NCBI GenBank assembly: GCA_036986275.1
Contig: BTRG01000002.1
Location: forward strand, 9,387 to 73,386
Direction of reading: 5' to 3'
DNA: 64,000 nucleotides
Source: Gammaproteobacteria bacterium
GTDB taxonomy: Bacteria; Pseudomonadota; Gammaproteobacteria; Acidiferrobacterales; SZUA-150
The first letter of the stretch is position 1; the number at the start of each line of letters is the position of its first letter. Positions 15,946 to 29,432 of this stretch are shown piece by piece. Below the pieces are notes generated by a model. The model was not told the DNA's origin, did no database searches, and saw only the letters and a list, made by a program, of their open reading frames with translations. The position numbers and the translations under genes are program-made.

Positions 15946-17886
15946 ATGGGAAAAATTATCGGTATTGACCTGGGTACAACCAACTCCTGTGTTGCGGTGA
16001 TGGAAGGTGGCAAGACCCGCGTAATCGAAAATAGCGAGGGTGATCGCACCACGCCCTCCGTTGTTGCCTTTACTGACGACGACGAAGTACTGGTAGGTCA
16101 GGCCGCCAAGCGTCAGGCCGTTACCAATCCGCATAACACCGTATTCGCCTCCAAGCGTCTAATAGGCAGAAAGTTTGCTGAAGACGTGGTGCAGCGCGAT
16201 GTAAAGCTGATGCCTTACAAGATTGTGAAGGCCAATAATGGTGATGCCTGGGTCGAGGTCAATGACAAACAGATGGCGCCGCCCGAAATCTCGGCCCGAG
16301 TGCTGCAGAAAATGAAGAAGACCGCGGAAGACTACCTCGGTGAGGAAGTGACCGAAGCAGTGGTTACCGTGCCGGCCTACTTTAATGATTCCCAGCGCCA
16401 GGCCACCAAGGATGCCGGCAAGATTGCCGGTCTCGACGTCAAGCGGATTATCAATGAGCCTACGGCCGCTGCCCTGGCCTTTGGCCTGGACAAGAAAGAA
16501 GGTGATCGCACGATCGCGGTCTATGACCTCGGTGGCGGTACTTTCGATGTCTCTGTGATCGAGATCGCCGAAATTGATGGCGAGCACCAGTTTGAAGTGT
16601 TGTCTACCAATGGCGATACCTTTCTTGGTGGTGAAGATTTTGACTTGCGCCTGATTGACTACCTGGCCGACGAGTTCAAGAAAGATAACAACATGGATCT
16701 GCACAACGATCCGGTGGCCTTGCAGCGCCTGAAGGAAGCCGCTGAAAAGGCCAAGATCGAACTTTCTTCCAGTCAGCAGACTGATGTCAACCTGCCTTAT
16801 GTGACAGCCGATGCCACGGGGCCCAAGCATCTGAACGTGAAGATCACCCGTGCCAAACTGGAATCACTGGTCGAAGACCTGGTCGCACGCACCATCGAGC
16901 CTTGCAAGGTGGCATTGAAAGATGCCGGTCTGGCGGCGGCTGATATCGATGATGTGATACTGGTGGGCGGTCAGTCCCGTATGCCCAAGGTGCAGACAGC
17001 GGTAAAGGATTTCTTTGGCAAAGAGCCACGCAAAGACGTGAATCCCGATGAAGCCGTTGCTGTTGGCGCTGCTGTGCAGGCCGGTGTGCTGGGCGGGGAT
17101 GTTAAAGACGTACTGCTGTTAGACGTGACGCCCCTGTCTCTGGGTATAGAAACCCTGGGTGGCGTCATGACCAAGTTGATACCGAAGAACACAACGATCC
17201 CGACCAAGGCATCGCAGGTATTTTCGACGGCCGAAGACAACCAGACCGCGGTGACCGTGCATGTCTTGCAGGGTGAGCGCGAGATGTCAGCAGGCAATAA
17301 GTCCCTGGGCCGTTTTGACCTGTCTGATATTCCACCGGCACCACGCGGCATGCCACAGGTTGAAGTAACGTTTGACATAGATGCCAACGGCATCATGCAT
17401 GTGTCGGCCAAAGACAAGGCGACAGGTAAAGAGAACAAGATTGTGATCAAGTCCAGTTCCGGTCTGTCTGAGGAAGAAATCGAACGCATGGTGAGCGATG
17501 CCGAGGCCCATGCCGAGGAAGATCGCAAGGCGCGTGAGTTGATTGATGTGCGCAACCAGGCCGACAGCATGTTGCACAGCGTCAAGAAATCCGTGGAAGA
17601 GCTGGGCGACAAGCTGGATGCCGCCGAGAAGGAAAAAATCGAGACGGCAAGCAAGGAGCTTGAAACGGCAATGGAAGGTGACGATAAAGACGACATCGAA
17701 GCCAAGACCAAGACGCTCGCCGAGGCCAGCGCCAAGCTCGCCGAGCAAATGTATGCTCAGTCTGGTGAAGCTGCTTCCGCTGCCGCGGGCGCCCAGGCTG
17801 GCGCTGATGCCGATGCCGATGCCCCCAAGGACGACAATGTTGTGGATGCCGAGTTCGAGGAAGTCAAAGACGACAAGAACACATAA
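15946..17886 (+). CDS. dnaK: Molecular chaperone DnaK (Hsp70)
   Basis: [22 protein letters not shown]... is the canonical sequence, 646 aa. Confidence 0.98.
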   Translation: MGKIIGIDLGTTNSCVAVMEGGKTRVIENSEGDRTTPSVVAFTDDDEVLVGQAAKRQAVTNPHNTVFASKRLIGRKFAEDVVQRDVKLMPYKIVKANNGDAWVEVNDKQMAPPEISARVLQKMKKTAEDYLGEEVTEAVVTVPAYFNDSQRQATKDAGKIAGLDVKRIINEPTAAALAFGLDKKEGDRTIAVYDLGGGTFDVSVIEIAEIDGEHQFEVLSTNGDTFLGGEDFDLRLIDYLADEFKKDNNMDLHNDPVALQRLKEAAEKAKIELSSSQQTDVNLPYVTADATGPKHLNVKITRAKLESLVEDLVARTIEPCKVALKDAGLAAADIDDVILVGGQSRMPKVQTAVKDFFGKEPRKDVNPDEAVAVGAAVQAGVLGGDVKDVLLLDVTPLSLGIETLGGVMTKLIPKNTTIPTKASQVFSTAEDNQTAVTVHVLQGEREMSAGNKSLGRFDLSDIPPAPRGMPQVEVTFDIDANGIMHVSAKDKATGKENKIVIKSSSGLSEEEIERMVSDAEAHAEEDRKARELIDVRNQADSMLHSVKKSVEELGDKLDAAEKEKIETASKELETAMEGDDKDDIEAKTKTLAEASAKLAEQMYAQSGEAASAAAGAQAGADADADAPKDDNVVDAEFEEVKDDKNT

Positions 17887-17924
17887 AACGGCAGCGATTG
17901 ATTGTATAATCTAATCGCAATACC

Positions 17925-17972
17925 GGGCGCAGCGAAGGGATGATGAATATCTGTCGCTGTGCCCTTGTTTTA
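17925..17972 (+). terminator. Hairpin plus T-rich tract between dnaK and dnaJ (partial terminator/attenuator)
   Basis: GGGCGCAGCGA (17925-17935) pairs with TCGCTGTGCCC (17954-17964) over 11 bp including one G-U, followed by TTGTTTTAT. Confidence 0.5.
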
Positions 17973-18019
17973 TTACAGATACTTTGACCATGTAAATCTG
18001 ATACGAGTTACAGATAGCC

Positions 18020-19150
18020 ATGCCCAAGAAAGATTATTATGACGTTCTCGGTGTAGAGAAAAATGTCTCGGAGGCCGAACTGAAAAAGGCCTATAGACGT
18101 TTGGCGATGAAATTTCACCCTGATCGTAATGAGGGCGATGCCAATGCCGAGAAGCGCTTCAAGGAAGCCAAGGAGGCCTATGAGATTCTGAATGATCCTC
18201 AGAAGCGCGCGGCCTATGATCAGTTTGGCCATGCGGGAGTAGACCCCGGCATGAGAGCTGGAGCCGGGGCCGGCGATTTTCACGGCGGCGCCGGTGGTTT
18301 TGGCGATATCTTTGGTGATGTTTTTGGCGATATCTTTGGTGGTGGACGGGGCGGAGGTTCGCGCGCCTATCGTGGCGCCGATCTACGTTACAGCTTGGAG
18401 CTGAGCCTGGAAAATGCTGTCAAGGGCGCGGAGGTCAAGATACGTGTCCCGACCCAGGTCAACTGTGAAACCTGCAAGGGGTCAGGCGCCAAGCCCGGAT
18501 CCTCACCGACAACGTGTCAGACCTGCGGAGGCCATGGTCAGGTGCGCATGCAGCAGGGGTTTTTTTCCGTCCAGCAAACCTGTCCCAATTGTCAGGGTAG
18601 TGGCAAGACGATTACCGATCCCTGTAGTGCATGTCATGGTCAGGGCCGTGTAAAACATACCAAGACCTTGTCTGTAAAAGTTCCGGCTGGAGTGGATGAA
18701 GGCGATCAAATCCGTCTGGGTAATGAAGGCGAGGCCGGGGAGAATGGTGGTCCCGCGGGGGATTTATATGTGCAAATCCGTTTAAAACCACATGCAATCT
18801 TTCAGCGCGACGGGGATGACCTCTATTGTGATATGCCGGTCAGCTTTGCGACGGCAACACTGGGCGGTGAGTTGGAAATTCCGACGCTGGACAGTCGCGC
18901 CAATTTAAAGATACCCGCAGGTACCCAGAGCGAGAAGCTCTTTCGTTTGCGTGGCAAAGGTGTACGCAATGTACGCAGCGGTCATGTAGGTGATTTGTAT
19001 TGCAAGCTCAGCGTAGAAACCCCCGTGAATCTGACCGCTAAACAAAAGGAATTACTAAGAGAGTTGGATGAGCTTACGCGTGAAGGTGGTGCCAGGCACC
19101 ATCCACGCGAGCAATCCTGGACCGATAAACTAAAAGGATTCTTTGGTTAG
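18020..19150 (+). CDS. dnaJ: Molecular chaperone DnaJ
   Basis: J domain (DYYDVLGV...[16 protein letters not shown]), a G/F-rich region, and four CxxCxGxG zinc-finger repeats. Confidence 0.97.
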   Translation: MPKKDYYDVLGVEKNVSEAELKKAYRRLAMKFHPDRNEGDANAEKRFKEAKEAYEILNDPQKRAAYDQFGHAGVDPGMRAGAGAGDFHGGAGGFGDIFGDVFGDIFGGGRGGGSRAYRGADLRYSLELSLENAVKGAEVKIRVPTQVNCETCKGSGAKPGSSPTTCQTCGGHGQVRMQQGFFSVQQTCPNCQGSGKTITDPCSACHGQGRVKHTKTLSVKVPAGVDEGDQIRLGNEGEAGENGGPAGDLYVQIRLKPHAIFQRDGDDLYCDMPVSFATATLGGELEIPTLDSRANLKIPAGTQSEKLFRLRGKGVRNVRSGHVGDLYCKLSVETPVNLTAKQKELLRELDELTREGGARHHPREQSWTDKLKGFFG

Positions 19151-19166
19151 TTTTCCATTTTAATGG

Positions 19167-19859
19167 CTAGTCTCCAGCTGGGGTAACGCTGAATTCCAGT
19201 ACACGTTCCAGTGTTGTCAGTGATTCCGCCAGCTTCTGATAATTATTCTTGTCTCGCGTTCGTATAGACATGCGGTGTTCAAAGTACTTTCCTTCCTCTC
19301 CCAGATTATAGCTGGGGTTGGCGACCGTAAAGTCGTGGCTATGTATGATGTCACACAGCTCATCTTGTGAGAGCACATCCTTACGTAGACTACGCACTGT
19401 CAGTCGACCATAGTGCAGGGTTGGCATCCATGTCTCAACCCAGCGGAACAGGGATAAGGTGCCCAGGGTCAGCAACGTGGCCACGGTGGCCGCAAAGTAG
19501 AATCCCACACCTATGAGTATTCCGATTGAAGCCGTGATCCAGATAGAGGCCGCCGTGGTCAACCCGCGTACGGTCAGGCCTTCTTTCATAATGACGCCGG
19601 CTCCCAGAAAGCCGATGCCGGTCATAATGCCCTGGCCCATGCGTGTCGGGTCTATGCGCATTGTTTCTATCGGGATGTTGGGCAGTAGCTGGATTTGGTA
19701 AACCGTTAGCAGCATCAGCAGTGCCGAAGAAATGCAGACCAGTGTGTGTGTACGAAAGCCGGCGGGGCGGCCGTTATACGTGCGTTCCAGACCTATCAGT
19801 CCACCTGCCAGCAAGGCAGAGAAGAGGTGGGTCAGGACATTGGGGTAGATGGTTTCCAT
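19167..19859 (-). CDS. MgtC/SapB-family membrane protein
   Basis: LLAGGLIGLERTYNGRPAGFRTHTLVCISSALLML is the MgtC family signature, followed by a soluble C-terminal domain. Confidence 0.8.
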   Translation of the reverse strand: METIYPNVLTHLFSALLAGGLIGLERTYNGRPAGFRTHTLVCISSALLMLLTVYQIQLLPNIPIETMRIDPTRMGQGIMTGIGFLGAGVIMKEGLTVRGLTTAASIWITASIGILIGVGFYFAATVATLLTLGTLSLFRWVETWMPTLHYGRLTVRSLRKDVLSQDELCDIIHSHDFTVANPSYNLGEEGKYFEHRMSIRTRDKNNYQKLAESLTTLERVLEFSVTPAGD

Positions 19860-20068
19860 TGATTCGGAGCAGCATCCTTAATTCTCGGAAATTTATTATA
19901 ACGGGTTGGGATTGATCTGGCTTGTGGGTGCATGAATTATTCTATTTAATGAAGCGGTATATAAATTTTATCGGACCGTAGCACCCAACCGGGAAATCCA
20001 TTATCGTTATATGTTGATGATGGTCAACAAGCATCAAGAAACGATAGCAATACAAATTGTATCCATAG

Positions 20069-20878
<810 letters not shown>

Positions 20879-20957
20879 TTTTGACTCACCCCTGACGTAA
20901 CATTCCGTCCAGTCGATCAGGTGCTCAGGCACCGTTTCAGACTCCAGAATTTCTTGT

Positions 20958-20995
20958 AAAACGGGAGAAGCCGAGGCCGCCTCTCCCGTTTTTGT
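20958..20995 (+). terminator. Intrinsic terminator after dapB
   Basis: ACGGGAGA (20961-20968) pairs with TCTCCCGT (20982-20989), followed by TTTTTGTGTG. Confidence 0.65.
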
Positions 20996-21026
20996 GTGTC
21001 GTTTATTTTCCTGGACAGGAGACCGC

Positions 21027-22163
21027 GTGCCCCAACCTGCCTTGCTCGCTCTGGAAGATGGATCAGTATTCCAGGGTATTTCTATTGGCAGGGCAGGACA
21101 GAGCGTAGGCGAGGTGGTGTTCAACACGGCCATGACGGGTTACCAGGAAATCCTCAGCGATCCTTCCTATGCCCGCCAGATTATCACCCTCACTTACCCT
21201 CATATTGGTAATACCGGTACCAATGCCGAAGACATGGAGTCGGGCAAGGTCCATGCCGCCGGTCTGGTTATCCGTGATCTGCCACGGGTGACGAGTAACT
21301 TCCGCTGCCAGCAATCATTGCAAGAATTTTTAGTAAAACACGGGGTGGTTGCCATCGCTGAGATTGATACCCGCCGGTTGACACGGGTGTTGCGTGAGAA
21401 GGGTTCGCAGCGGGGTTGCCTGCTGGCCGCCGCCAAGGGGGAGCGTCTCAATAAGAAAGAGGCTATAGCGGCGGCCAGGGGTTTTGCCGGGTTAGAGGGC
21501 ATGGACTTGGCAAAATCAGTGACCACCAAAAAGACCTATGAGTGGAATCTGGGTGAGTGGGCCCTGGGGCGGGGTTACATAGAGGCGGGGGAAGCGCATT
21601 TCCATATTGCGGCTTACGATTTCGGTGTCAAGCACAACATTCTGCGCATGCTGGCGCAACGGGGTTGTCGTGTCACCGTAGTGCCGGCCAAAACACCGGC
21701 GGAAGATATACTTAATATGAAGGTCGATGGCGTCTTCCTGTCCAATGGTCCCGGTGATCCCGAACCGTGTGACTATGCCATAGAGGCCATACGTATATTG
21801 GTAGACAAAGGCCTGCCAACATTTGGCATATGTTTGGGTCATCAGCTATTGGCGCTGGCTTCCGGCGCCAGTACATCGAAGATGAAATTTGGTCATCACG
21901 GCGCCAATCATCCGGTAAAAGATTTAAGGACCGGGCAGGTTATGATTACCAGTCAGAACCATGGTTTTGCGGTGGCGGAAGAGGCGCTGTCCTCATCGCT
22001 GGAAGTGACGCATCGCTCCCTGTTTGATCAGAGCATACAGGGCATACGTCGCACCGACAGGCCGGCCTTTTCATTTCAGGGTCATCCCGAGGCCAGTCCG
22101 GGACCGCACGATGTGGCGTCGCTGTTTGATCACTTCGTTGATCTAATGGCAGACAATGCCTAA
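21027..22163 (+). CDS. carA: Carbamoyl-phosphate synthase small subunit
   Basis: [58 protein letters not shown] aligns with the E. coli CarA N-terminus. GTG 21027 is preceded by AGGAGA. Confidence 0.95.
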   Translation: MPQPALLALEDGSVFQGISIGRAGQSVGEVVFNTAMTGYQEILSDPSYARQIITLTYPHIGNTGTNAEDMESGKVHAAGLVIRDLPRVTSNFRCQQSLQEFLVKHGVVAIAEIDTRRLTRVLREKGSQRGCLLAAAKGERLNKKEAIAAARGFAGLEGMDLAKSVTTKKTYEWNLGEWALGRGYIEAGEAHFHIAAYDFGVKHNILRMLAQRGCRVTVVPAKTPAEDILNMKVDGVFLSNGPGDPEPCDYAIEAIRILVDKGLPTFGICLGHQLLALASGASTSKMKFGHHGANHPVKDLRTGQVMITSQNHGFAVAEEALSSSLEVTHRSLFDQSIQGIRRTDRPAFSFQGHPEASPGPHDVASLFDHFVDLMADNA

Positions 22164-22177
22164 CGAGTATCGGCATC

Positions 22178-25100
22178 ATGCCAAAACGCACTGACCTTGA
22201 AAGTATATTAATCATAGGCGCCGGCCCTATTGTGATTGGTCAGGCCTGTGAGTTTGATTATTCAGGCGCCCAGGCCTGCAAGGCGTTGCGTGAAGAGGGT
22301 TACCGCGTTGTCCTGGTGAATTCCAATCCGGCCACGATTATGACGGATCCGGATTCTGCCGATGCAACCTATATCGAACCCATACACTGGCGGAATGTTG
22401 CCAGGATTATCGAAAAGGAAAGGCCCAACGCCATCTTGCCAACCATGGGCGGGCAAACGGCCCTGAATTGCACGCTGGACCTGGAACGCGAAGGCATATT
22501 GAAAAAATTTACGGTGCAAATGATAGGCGCCACCAAGGAGGCGATCGACAAGGCCGAAGATAGAGAGCAGTTTCGTGTCGCCATGGATGCCATTGGCCTG
22601 GAGACGGCCCGCGGTGCGATAGCGCATAGCCTTGAAGAGGCGCACCAGGTACAGGCCGCCATAGGCTTCCCTGTCATTATACGGCCCTCGTTTACCATGG
22701 GTGGCAGTGGTGGTGGTGTGGCCTATAACCGGGAGGAGTTCATAGATATATGTGAGCGCGGTCTTGATGCCTCACCTACGCGCGAATTGCTGATCGAAGA
22801 ATCCATACTCGGTTGGAAAGAGTACGAAATGGAAGTGGTGAGGGATAGGGCGGATAATTGCATCATTATTTGTTCCATTGAGAATCTTGATCCCATGGGC
22901 GTACATACCGGTGATTCGATTACCGTAGCGCCCGCACAAACACTAACAGATAAAGAATACCAGATTATGCGTAATGCCAGCCTGGCGGTCTTGCGCGAGA
23001 TCGGCGTGGATACCGGTGGCTCCAATGTGCAGTTTGCCATCAACCCTGAAGATGGGCGCATGATTATTATCGAGATGAACCCGCGCGTCTCCCGTTCGTC
23101 TGCGCTGGCGTCCAAGGCCACTGGTTTTCCCATCGCCAAGGTTGCCGCCAAGTTGGCCGTGGGCTATACGTTGGACGAACTGCAAAATGATATTACCGGT
23201 GGTGTAACGCCGGCATCCTTCGAGCCGTCGATTGACTACGTTGTAACAAAGGTACCGCGTTTTACGTTTGAGAAATTTCCAAATGCCGACGCCACACTGA
23301 CCACGCAAATGAAATCGGTGGGCGAGGCCATGGCTATAGGCCGTACGTTTCAGGAATCCCTGCAGAAGGCATTACGCAGTCTGGAGATCGGTGTTTATGG
23401 ACTGGAGCCCAAGCTGGGTGACGATCTGGGCAAGGCTGAAGCAAGGGAGAAACTCAAGAACAAGTTGATTACCCCAACCGCCGATCGTCTATGGTATGTC
23501 GGCGATGCCTTTCGTTATGGCATGAAGGTGGATGAAGTCTTTGCGCTAACAGCAATCGATCCCTGGTTTCTTGATCAAATACAGGAGTTGATCAAGATGG
23601 AAAAGAGTATTGCCCGTTATCACGGTAAAAAACCGGGCGAGAAAAAAGTATGGCAATGGAAACGAGCCGGGTTCTCCGATCGTCGCATCGCCGACTTGAT
23701 GGGTCTTAAGGAAGATCGTTTCAGAAAACTGCGCCATCAGCTGAATGTAAGGCCGGTTTATAAACGAGTCGACTCCTGTGCCGCCGAATTTGCTTCCAGC
23801 ACGGCCTATATGTATTCGACTTACGAAGAAGAATGTGAGGCGCAACCCGAGGCGCGTGACAAGATTATGGTATTGGGCGGTGGGCCCAATCGTATTGGCC
23901 AGGGTATAGAGTTTGACTATTGCTGCGTGCATGCGGCCTTTGCCCTGCGCGAGGATGGCTATCAAACCATCATGGTCAACTGTAATCCGGAAACAGTATC
24001 TACTGACTACGACACCTCCGATCGTTTGTATTTTGAGCCGCTAACACTGGAAGACGTACTGGAGATTGTGCATGTTGAGCAACCCAAGGGCGTGATTGTC
24101 CAGTACGGCGGGCAGACACCATTGAAGCTCTCTCGTGGGCTTGAAGCGGCAGGAGCACCCATCATCGGTACTTCTCCCGATTCGATTGATCTGGCCGAAG
24201 ACCGTGAGCGTTTTCAGCGGTTATTGAAGCGTTTGAAATTAAGACAACCGCCCAATGCTACGGCGAAGGACCAGAAGTCAGCCATACGCAAGGCCAAGAA
24301 AATCGGTTATCCGCTGGTAGTGCGACCTTCCTACGTGCTGGGTGGGCGCGCGATGGAGATCGTACATAGCGTGGATGATCTGGATACCTATATGCGTATC
24401 GCGGTGCAGGTCTCTGAAGACTCGCCGGTCTTGTTGGACAAGTTCCTGAACGATGCGATAGAAGTGGATGTGGATGCAATCAGTGATGGCAAGGATGTGG
24501 TCATAGGCGGTATCATGCAACATATCGAAGAGGCTGGTGTGCATTCCGGTGACTCTGCCTGTTCCTTGCCGCCGTTCAGTCTTACACAGAAAATTCAGAA
24601 TAATCTTAGAGAACAGACCCGGCAACTGGCCAAGGGGCTCAAAGTGGTAGGATTGATGAATATCCAGTTTGCCATCAAGGGTAACGATATCTATGTGCTC
24701 GAGGTTAATCCGCGCGCATCCCGCACCGTGCCTTTTGTTTCCAAGGCTACGGGCAGGGCCCTGGCCAAGGTGGCCGCACGTTGCATGGCAGGGCAAACGC
24801 TGGCAGATCAGGGAATAACTAAAGAAGTGATACCCGGATACTATTCTGTAAAAGAAGCTGTTTTTCCCTTTATCAAGTTCCCGGGTGTGGATACCATGTT
24901 AGGACCGGAAATGAAGTCTACCGGCGAGGTAATGGGTATAGGCAAGACCTTTGGCGAGGCCTTCTTTAAGTCCCAGCTTGCTGCCGGTGCGTCGATTCCT
25001 CGCAAGGGTAAACTCTTTATTACCTTACGTGATGCGGATCAGAGTGCTGCCGTGGAGGTGGCGCGTGATTTTTCCGACCATGGTTATGAGTTGCTCGCGA

Positions 25101-25408
25101 CGCGGGGCACGGCAGCTATACTGGAGGCAGCAGGCCTGGAAGTGCGTGCGGTAAACAAGGTCTCTCAAGGACGTCCCCATGTTGTAGATATGGTGATGAA
25201 TAATGAGATTGATATTATCTTGAATACGGTCTCGGACAAGCAGAGCCTGGAAGATGCCTCCATGATACGCCGTGTCGGCCTATTACATAAGGTTACATAT
25301 TACACCACGCTGGCTGCCGCACGCGCGGCCAGTGAGGCCTTGCTTCAGCAACAGGAACAAGTCAGCAGTGTCAGTTGTCTGCAAACCTTGCACGAGGAGA
25401 TAAGCTGA
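22178..25408 (+). CDS. carB: Carbamoyl-phosphate synthase large subunit
   Basis: [42 protein letters not shown]...; 1076 aa. Confidence 0.98.
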   Translation: MPKRTDLESILIIGAGPIVIGQACEFDYSGAQACKALREEGYRVVLVNSNPATIMTDPDSADATYIEPIHWRNVARIIEKERPNAILPTMGGQTALNCTLDLEREGILKKFTVQMIGATKEAIDKAEDREQFRVAMDAIGLETARGAIAHSLEEAHQVQAAIGFPVIIRPSFTMGGSGGGVAYNREEFIDICERGLDASPTRELLIEESILGWKEYEMEVVRDRADNCIIICSIENLDPMGVHTGDSITVAPAQTLTDKEYQIMRNASLAVLREIGVDTGGSNVQFAINPEDGRMIIIEMNPRVSRSSALASKATGFPIAKVAAKLAVGYTLDELQNDITGGVTPASFEPSIDYVVTKVPRFTFEKFPNADATLTTQMKSVGEAMAIGRTFQESLQKALRSLEIGVYGLEPKLGDDLGKAEAREKLKNKLITPTADRLWYVGDAFRYGMKVDEVFALTAIDPWFLDQIQELIKMEKSIARYHGKKPGEKKVWQWKRAGFSDRRIADLMGLKEDRFRKLRHQLNVRPVYKRVDSCAAEFASSTAYMYSTYEEECEAQPEARDKIMVLGGGPNRIGQGIEFDYCCVHAAFALREDGYQTIMVNCNPETVSTDYDTSDRLYFEPLTLEDVLEIVHVEQPKGVIVQYGGQTPLKLSRGLEAAGAPIIGTSPDSIDLAEDRERFQRLLKRLKLRQPPNATAKDQKSAIRKAKKIGYPLVVRPSYVLGGRAMEIVHSVDDLDTYMRIAVQVSEDSPVLLDKFLNDAIEVDVDAISDGKDVVIGGIMQHIEEAGVHSGDSACSLPPFSLTQKIQNNLREQTRQLAKGLKVVGLMNIQFAIKGNDIYVLEVNPRASRTVPFVSKATGRALAKVAARCMAGQTLADQGITKEVIPGYYSVKEAVFPFIKFPGVDTMLGPEMKSTGEVMGIGKTFGEAFFKSQLAAGASIPRKGKLFITLRDADQSAAVEVARDFSDHGYELLATRGTAAILEAAGLEVRAVNKVSQGRPHVVDMVMNNEIDIILNTVSDKQSLEDASMIRRVGLLHKVTYYTTLAAARAASEALLQQQEQVSSVSCLQTLHEEIS

Positions 25409-25884
25409 TGGACAAAGTACCCATGACAGTCAAAGGCGAAGTCGCCTTGAAGGAAGAGCTGTATAAGCTGAAGATGGTCGAGCGCCCACGAATTATTCAG
25501 GCCATTGCCGAAGCCCGTGCCCATGGCGATTTGTCCGAAAATGCAGAATACCATGCTGCCCGCGAACAACAGAGTTTTGCCGAAGGCCGTATTGCCGAGA
25601 TCGAGAGCAAGCTCTCTATGGCACAGGTCATTGACCCCACCAGGGTAAATGCCGAAGGCAGAATCGTATTTGGCGCGACACTGAACTTGTTGAATATTGA
25701 TACCGATGATGAAGTCACCTATCAGATTGTCGGCGATGATGAGGCCGATATTCAGGCCGGCAAGATTTCAGTCAATTCACCCATTGCCCGCGCCCTGATT
25801 GGTAAAGAGGAAGGCGAGGAAGTCGACATCCAGGTTCCGGAAGGCATCAAGCATTACGAGGTCCTGGAGGTTCGTTATGTGTGA
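25408..25884 (+). CDS. greA: Transcription elongation factor GreA
   Basis: [57 protein letters not shown]. The ATG overlaps the carB stop (TGATG). Confidence 0.95.
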   Translation: MDKVPMTVKGEVALKEELYKLKMVERPRIIQAIAEARAHGDLSENAEYHAAREQQSFAEGRIAEIESKLSMAQVIDPTRVNAEGRIVFGATLNLLNIDTDDEVTYQIVGDDEADIQAGKISVNSPIARALIGKEEGEEVDIQVPEGIKHYEVLEVRYV

Positions 25885-25922
25885 CTCGTACCGATCTGCA
25901 TCCCAACGATTGCTGTAACCCC

Positions 25923-26368
25923 ATGTCTATCTGGCTCTTTCTGGAACGCAGTGTCCTGGCCCTGTGGGGTGTCCGGCTATATCGTGGCGCCGTTATTATT
26001 CCACATGCTGGACGATCGCATGTTGGCTGGACAGATTGCGGGTCAGGTCTTTAGCTGGATAAGTCGATTGGGGTTAGTGTGTGGCGCCATATTGCTCGGT
26101 CTGTTTTATATGCGTACCCAGGCAGACATGTTGCGTTCCTGGCGGTTGTAGGTGTTGCTGTCCATGTTGGCGATAGTCCTGGTTGGCCAGTATGGCCTTG
26201 CGCCTGCGATGAGAGAGCTCAAACAAGCCGCTGGCGGCGCATTGGTGGAAGGCATGGCGGAGTCGCCGTTTCGCGCAACTGCATGGGATTTCCAGCGTAC
26301 TTTTCCTGATAAATAGTCTATCGGGTTTGTTGTTGGTGGCATATGGCGTTGTCGTGCGCCAAAGTTAA
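25923..26368 (+). pseudogene. DUF4149-like membrane protein gene, apparently disrupted (two frameshifts plus an in-frame TAG)
   Basis: Family-like segments lie in three successive frames: MSIWLFLERSVLALWG (from 25923), VSGYIVAPLLFHMLDDRMLAGQIAGQVF...RSWRL-TAG(26149)-VLLSMLAIVLVGQYGLAPAMRELK, then RFAQLHGISSVLFLINSLSGLLLVAYGVVVRQS* (26261-26368). Confidence 0.5.
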
Positions 26369-26391
26369 ACAGTCCTGACACGCAGCCATCA

Positions 26392-26700
26392 TTATTTCTT
26401 TCCATCGGGTAACCGCGGCATAATCCTGGAGGTTTCGTTGGCTCGAAAAAAAACCATGACTCGACCTATGGTTTGCACCCACTCCGCCGAGGTGGCACTG
26501 TGGATAGCATCATGTAACAGCTGTTTTTCTTCGCTGGAACTTGCCGGGATGCGAATCTTGATGAGTTCATGGACAGCTAGCGTCTGCTCGAGCTCGGCCA
26601 CCACGCGCTCCGTCAGGCCGGCACTGCCTATCATAACCACGGGTTGTTTGTGATGCGCCAATCCGCGCAGAAATTGTCGTTGTTTGCTGGTCAGGGCCAT
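26392..26700 (-). CDS. yhbY: RNA-binding protein YhbY (CRM domain)
   Basis: MALTSKQRQFLRGLAHHKQPVVMIGSAGLTERVVAELEQTLAVHELIKIRI. The ORF-track start at 26871 is an unsupported N-terminal extension. Confidence 0.85.
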   Translation of the reverse strand: MALTSKQRQFLRGLAHHKQPVVMIGSAGLTERVVAELEQTLAVHELIKIRIPASSSEEKQLLHDAIHSATSAEWVQTIGRVMVFFRANETSRIMPRLPDGKK

Positions 26701-26771
26701 GCCTGTGCTCGTTCGAATAGGAGGGGCGATCATGCCGCGTCTGCCTCCGCCAATGCAAGGCGAACTCCGGC

Positions 26772-27410
26772 ATGACTTCCCTGAATCGGCGAAAAAAGAC
26801 CCGTGCCTGGATGAAGCAGCATGTGAATGACGAATATGTTCAACGGGCCCAGAAGGAGGGATATCGTTCACGTGCGGTATACAAACTCAAGGAAATCAAC
26901 GAGAAGGATAAATTAATCCGACCGGGATTGCGGGTAGTGGATTTGGGGGCTGCACCTGGGGGCTGGTCACAATACGTTCGTCAGCGCATGGGCAGCAGCA
27001 AAGGGGCGGTGCTGGCGCTGGATATTCTGTTTATGGAACCGCTGCAGGGTGTGGAGTTTATGCAGGGGGATTTCACCGAGCAGGCGGTGCTGGACAGGGC
27101 CCTGGAATCCCTGGGCGGCGCACCGGTGGATCTTGTAATCTCGGACATGGCCCCCAATATCAGTGGTATCGCGGTGTCTGATCAAGCGCGGGCAGTCTAT
27201 CTGGCGGAACTGGCCCTGGAGTTTGCCAGGCAGGTGTTGAAGCCAGGCGGCCATTTATTATTGAAAACCTTTCAGGGCGAGGGGTTTCCAGAGCTCAGAA
27301 AAGCCATGCAGGGTCGATTCAAAAGCCTGATCAGTCGTAAACCCAAGGCGTCGCGTGCCCGCAGCAGGGAGATTTACCTGCTCGGAAAGGTGTTTTTATC
27401 GGATCAATGA
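26772..27410 (+). CDS. rlmE: 23S rRNA (uridine2552-2-prime-O)-methyltransferase RlmE (FtsJ)
   Basis: SRAVYKLKEINEKDKLIRPGLRVVDLGAAPGGWSQY...VISDMAPNISG. Confidence 0.95.
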   Translation: MTSLNRRKKTRAWMKQHVNDEYVQRAQKEGYRSRAVYKLKEINEKDKLIRPGLRVVDLGAAPGGWSQYVRQRMGSSKGAVLALDILFMEPLQGVEFMQGDFTEQAVLDRALESLGGAPVDLVISDMAPNISGIAVSDQARAVYLAELALEFARQVLKPGGHLLLKTFQGEGFPELRKAMQGRFKSLISRKPKASRARSREIYLLGKVFLSDQ

Positions 27411-27512
27411 AATCAAGCCGAACAGGACTTGTGCCGCTATACTTGATCATAGGACAATTCACTGCCAGCGCTGAATGCTGGTGTAACGGAACGCAGCTTG
27501 AGGTAACGCCCG

Positions 27513-29426
27513 TTGAATAATCTGACTAAGAATTTACTGTTGTGGCTGGTTATTGCCGTTGTCTTGATGTCGGTCTTTAATAACTTCGGGGCGCGCCGGC
27601 AACCCGCGAATATTATTGATTATTCGCAATTCATATCCCAGGTAAGGCAGGGCAAGGTCGATAAGGTCACCATACAGGGTAATAATATATACGGTGTTAG
27701 CAACAATAACGAAGAGTTCCGCACCTACAGTCCCGAGAGCGATAACCGCTCCCTGGTGGGCGAGTTGCTGGAAAATGGTGTTTCTATAGATGCCAAGCCA
27801 TTGGAAGAACAATCGCTGTTATTGACTATCTTTATCAACTGGTTCCCATTGTTGCTGTTGATCGGTGTCTGGGTTTTCTTTATGCGCCAGATGCAAGGTG
27901 GGGCCGGGGGTCGCGGGGCCATGAGTTTTGGCAAGTCCAAGGCGCGCATGCTGTCCGAGGATCAAAACAAGATCACCTTTGAAGATGTGGCCGGCGTGGA
28001 AGAGGCCAAGGAAGAGGTGGGTGAGCTCGTTGAATTCCTGAGCGATCCTTCCAAGTTCCAGAAGCTGGGTGGCCGTATCCCCAAGGGCGTGATGTTGACC
28101 GGTAAACCGGGCACCGGCAAGACGCTGTTGGCCAGGGCCATCGCCGGTGAAGCCAAAGTACCGTTCTTTTCTATCTCCGGCTCTGATTTTGTAGAGATGT
28201 TTGTGGGTGTCGGCGCCTCTCGAGTACGCGACATGTTCGATCAGGCCAAGAAGCACGCGCCCTGCATTATCTTCATTGACGAAATCGATGCCGTAGGTCG
28301 TCAGCGTGGCGCCGGGCTGGGTGGCGGCCATGACGAGCGTGAACAGACCTTGAACCAGTTGCTGGTAGAGATGGATGGTTTTGAAGGCACAGAGGGTGTC
28401 ATCGTAATGGCCGCGACCAACCGTCCAGATGTACTGGACCCTGCCTTGTTGCGCCCGGGTCGCTTTGATCGCCAGGTCTATGTCCCACTGCCGGATATTC
28501 GCGGCCGTGAACAGATTCTTAAAGTGCATATGCGCAAGGTACCGATATCGGATGATGTGAAGACCAGCATCCTGGCCCGCGGTACACCGGGTTTCTCCGG
28601 CGCCGATCTTGCCAACCTCGTGAACGAGGCGGCCTTGTTTGCCGCTCGCGCCAATAAACGCATGGTGGATATGGATGACTTCGAAAAGGCCAAGGACAAG
28701 GTGGTCATGGGCGCCGAGCGTCGTTCTATCGTCATGCCTGAAAAGGAGCGCATGAACACGGCCTATCATGAATCGGGCCATGCCGTGGTGGCCAAGTCCC
28801 TGCCGAATACGGATCCGGTACATAAGGTGACAATCATTCCGCGTGGCAGTGCCTTGGGTGTGACCATGCAGCTGCCAGAAGAAGATCGTTATAGCCATGA
28901 CAAGGAATCGCTGCTGTCGACGATTGCCGTGTTGATGGGCGGACGTATCGCCGAAGAGGTGTTCATGGACCAGATGACCACGGGCGCTTCCAATGACTTT
29001 GAGCGTGCTACCGACCTGGCACGCAACATGGTCGTGCGTTGGGGTATGAGTGAGGCCCTCGGTACACGGGTATATGGTGAGAATGAGAGTGAGGTCTTCC
29101 TCGGTCGGGATGTCACCACGCACAAGAATCTCAGTGACTCTACGGCCGAGCTGGTGGACACGGAGATTCGTCGTATTATCGATGAGCAATATGAACGTGC
29201 GCGCAAGATTATTGAAGGCAAGCGTGACAAGGTCGAGAACATGACCAAAGCGCTGCTGGAATGGGAGACGATAGACTCGGATCAACTCGATGACATCATG
29301 GCCGGCAAGACGCCGCGCCCCCCGGAAGATACCAATGGTGGTTCAGGTTCGGGAAAGCCAGCACCCAAGGCAAAGCCGAAAAAGGATGTAAAGCCCAATC
29401 TGGATACGCCGGCCGGAGAGCATTAA
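27513..29426 (+). CDS. ftsH: ATP-dependent zinc metalloprotease FtsH
   Basis: Walker [14 protein letters not shown], the second region of homology, and the HESGHA zinc site; TTG start. Confidence 0.97.
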   Translation: MNNLTKNLLLWLVIAVVLMSVFNNFGARRQPANIIDYSQFISQVRQGKVDKVTIQGNNIYGVSNNNEEFRTYSPESDNRSLVGELLENGVSIDAKPLEEQSLLLTIFINWFPLLLLIGVWVFFMRQMQGGAGGRGAMSFGKSKARMLSEDQNKITFEDVAGVEEAKEEVGELVEFLSDPSKFQKLGGRIPKGVMLTGKPGTGKTLLARAIAGEAKVPFFSISGSDFVEMFVGVGASRVRDMFDQAKKHAPCIIFIDEIDAVGRQRGAGLGGGHDEREQTLNQLLVEMDGFEGTEGVIVMAATNRPDVLDPALLRPGRFDRQVYVPLPDIRGREQILKVHMRKVPISDDVKTSILARGTPGFSGADLANLVNEAALFAARANKRMVDMDDFEKAKDKVVMGAERRSIVMPEKERMNTAYHESGHAVVAKSLPNTDPVHKVTIIPRGSALGVTMQLPEEDRYSHDKESLLSTIAVLMGGRIAEEVFMDQMTTGASNDFERATDLARNMVVRWGMSEALGTRVYGENESEVFLGRDVTTHKNLSDSTAELVDTEIRRIIDEQYERARKIIEGKRDKVENMTKALLEWETIDSDQLDDIMAGKTPRPPEDTNGGSGSGKPAPKAKPKKDVKPNLDTPAGEH

Positions 29427-29432
29427 CGCCCT

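Noticed and set aside
27819-29285. 488-aa ORF on the minus strand, opposite ftsH
   Set aside because: It is entirely antisense to a canonical FtsH coding sequence. Its translation is low-complexity and rich in His, Arg and Leu, with no recognisable motifs, which is typical of a shadow ORF. The same applies to 16159-16830, 16971-17735 and 17287-17748 (opposite dnaK), 15066-15758 (opposite grpE), 14414-14878 (opposite hrcA), 36259-37023 and 37494-37985 (opposite nuoD/E), 30513-31070 (opposite glmM), 57504-58558 (opposite nusA), and 59079-59926 (opposite infB).
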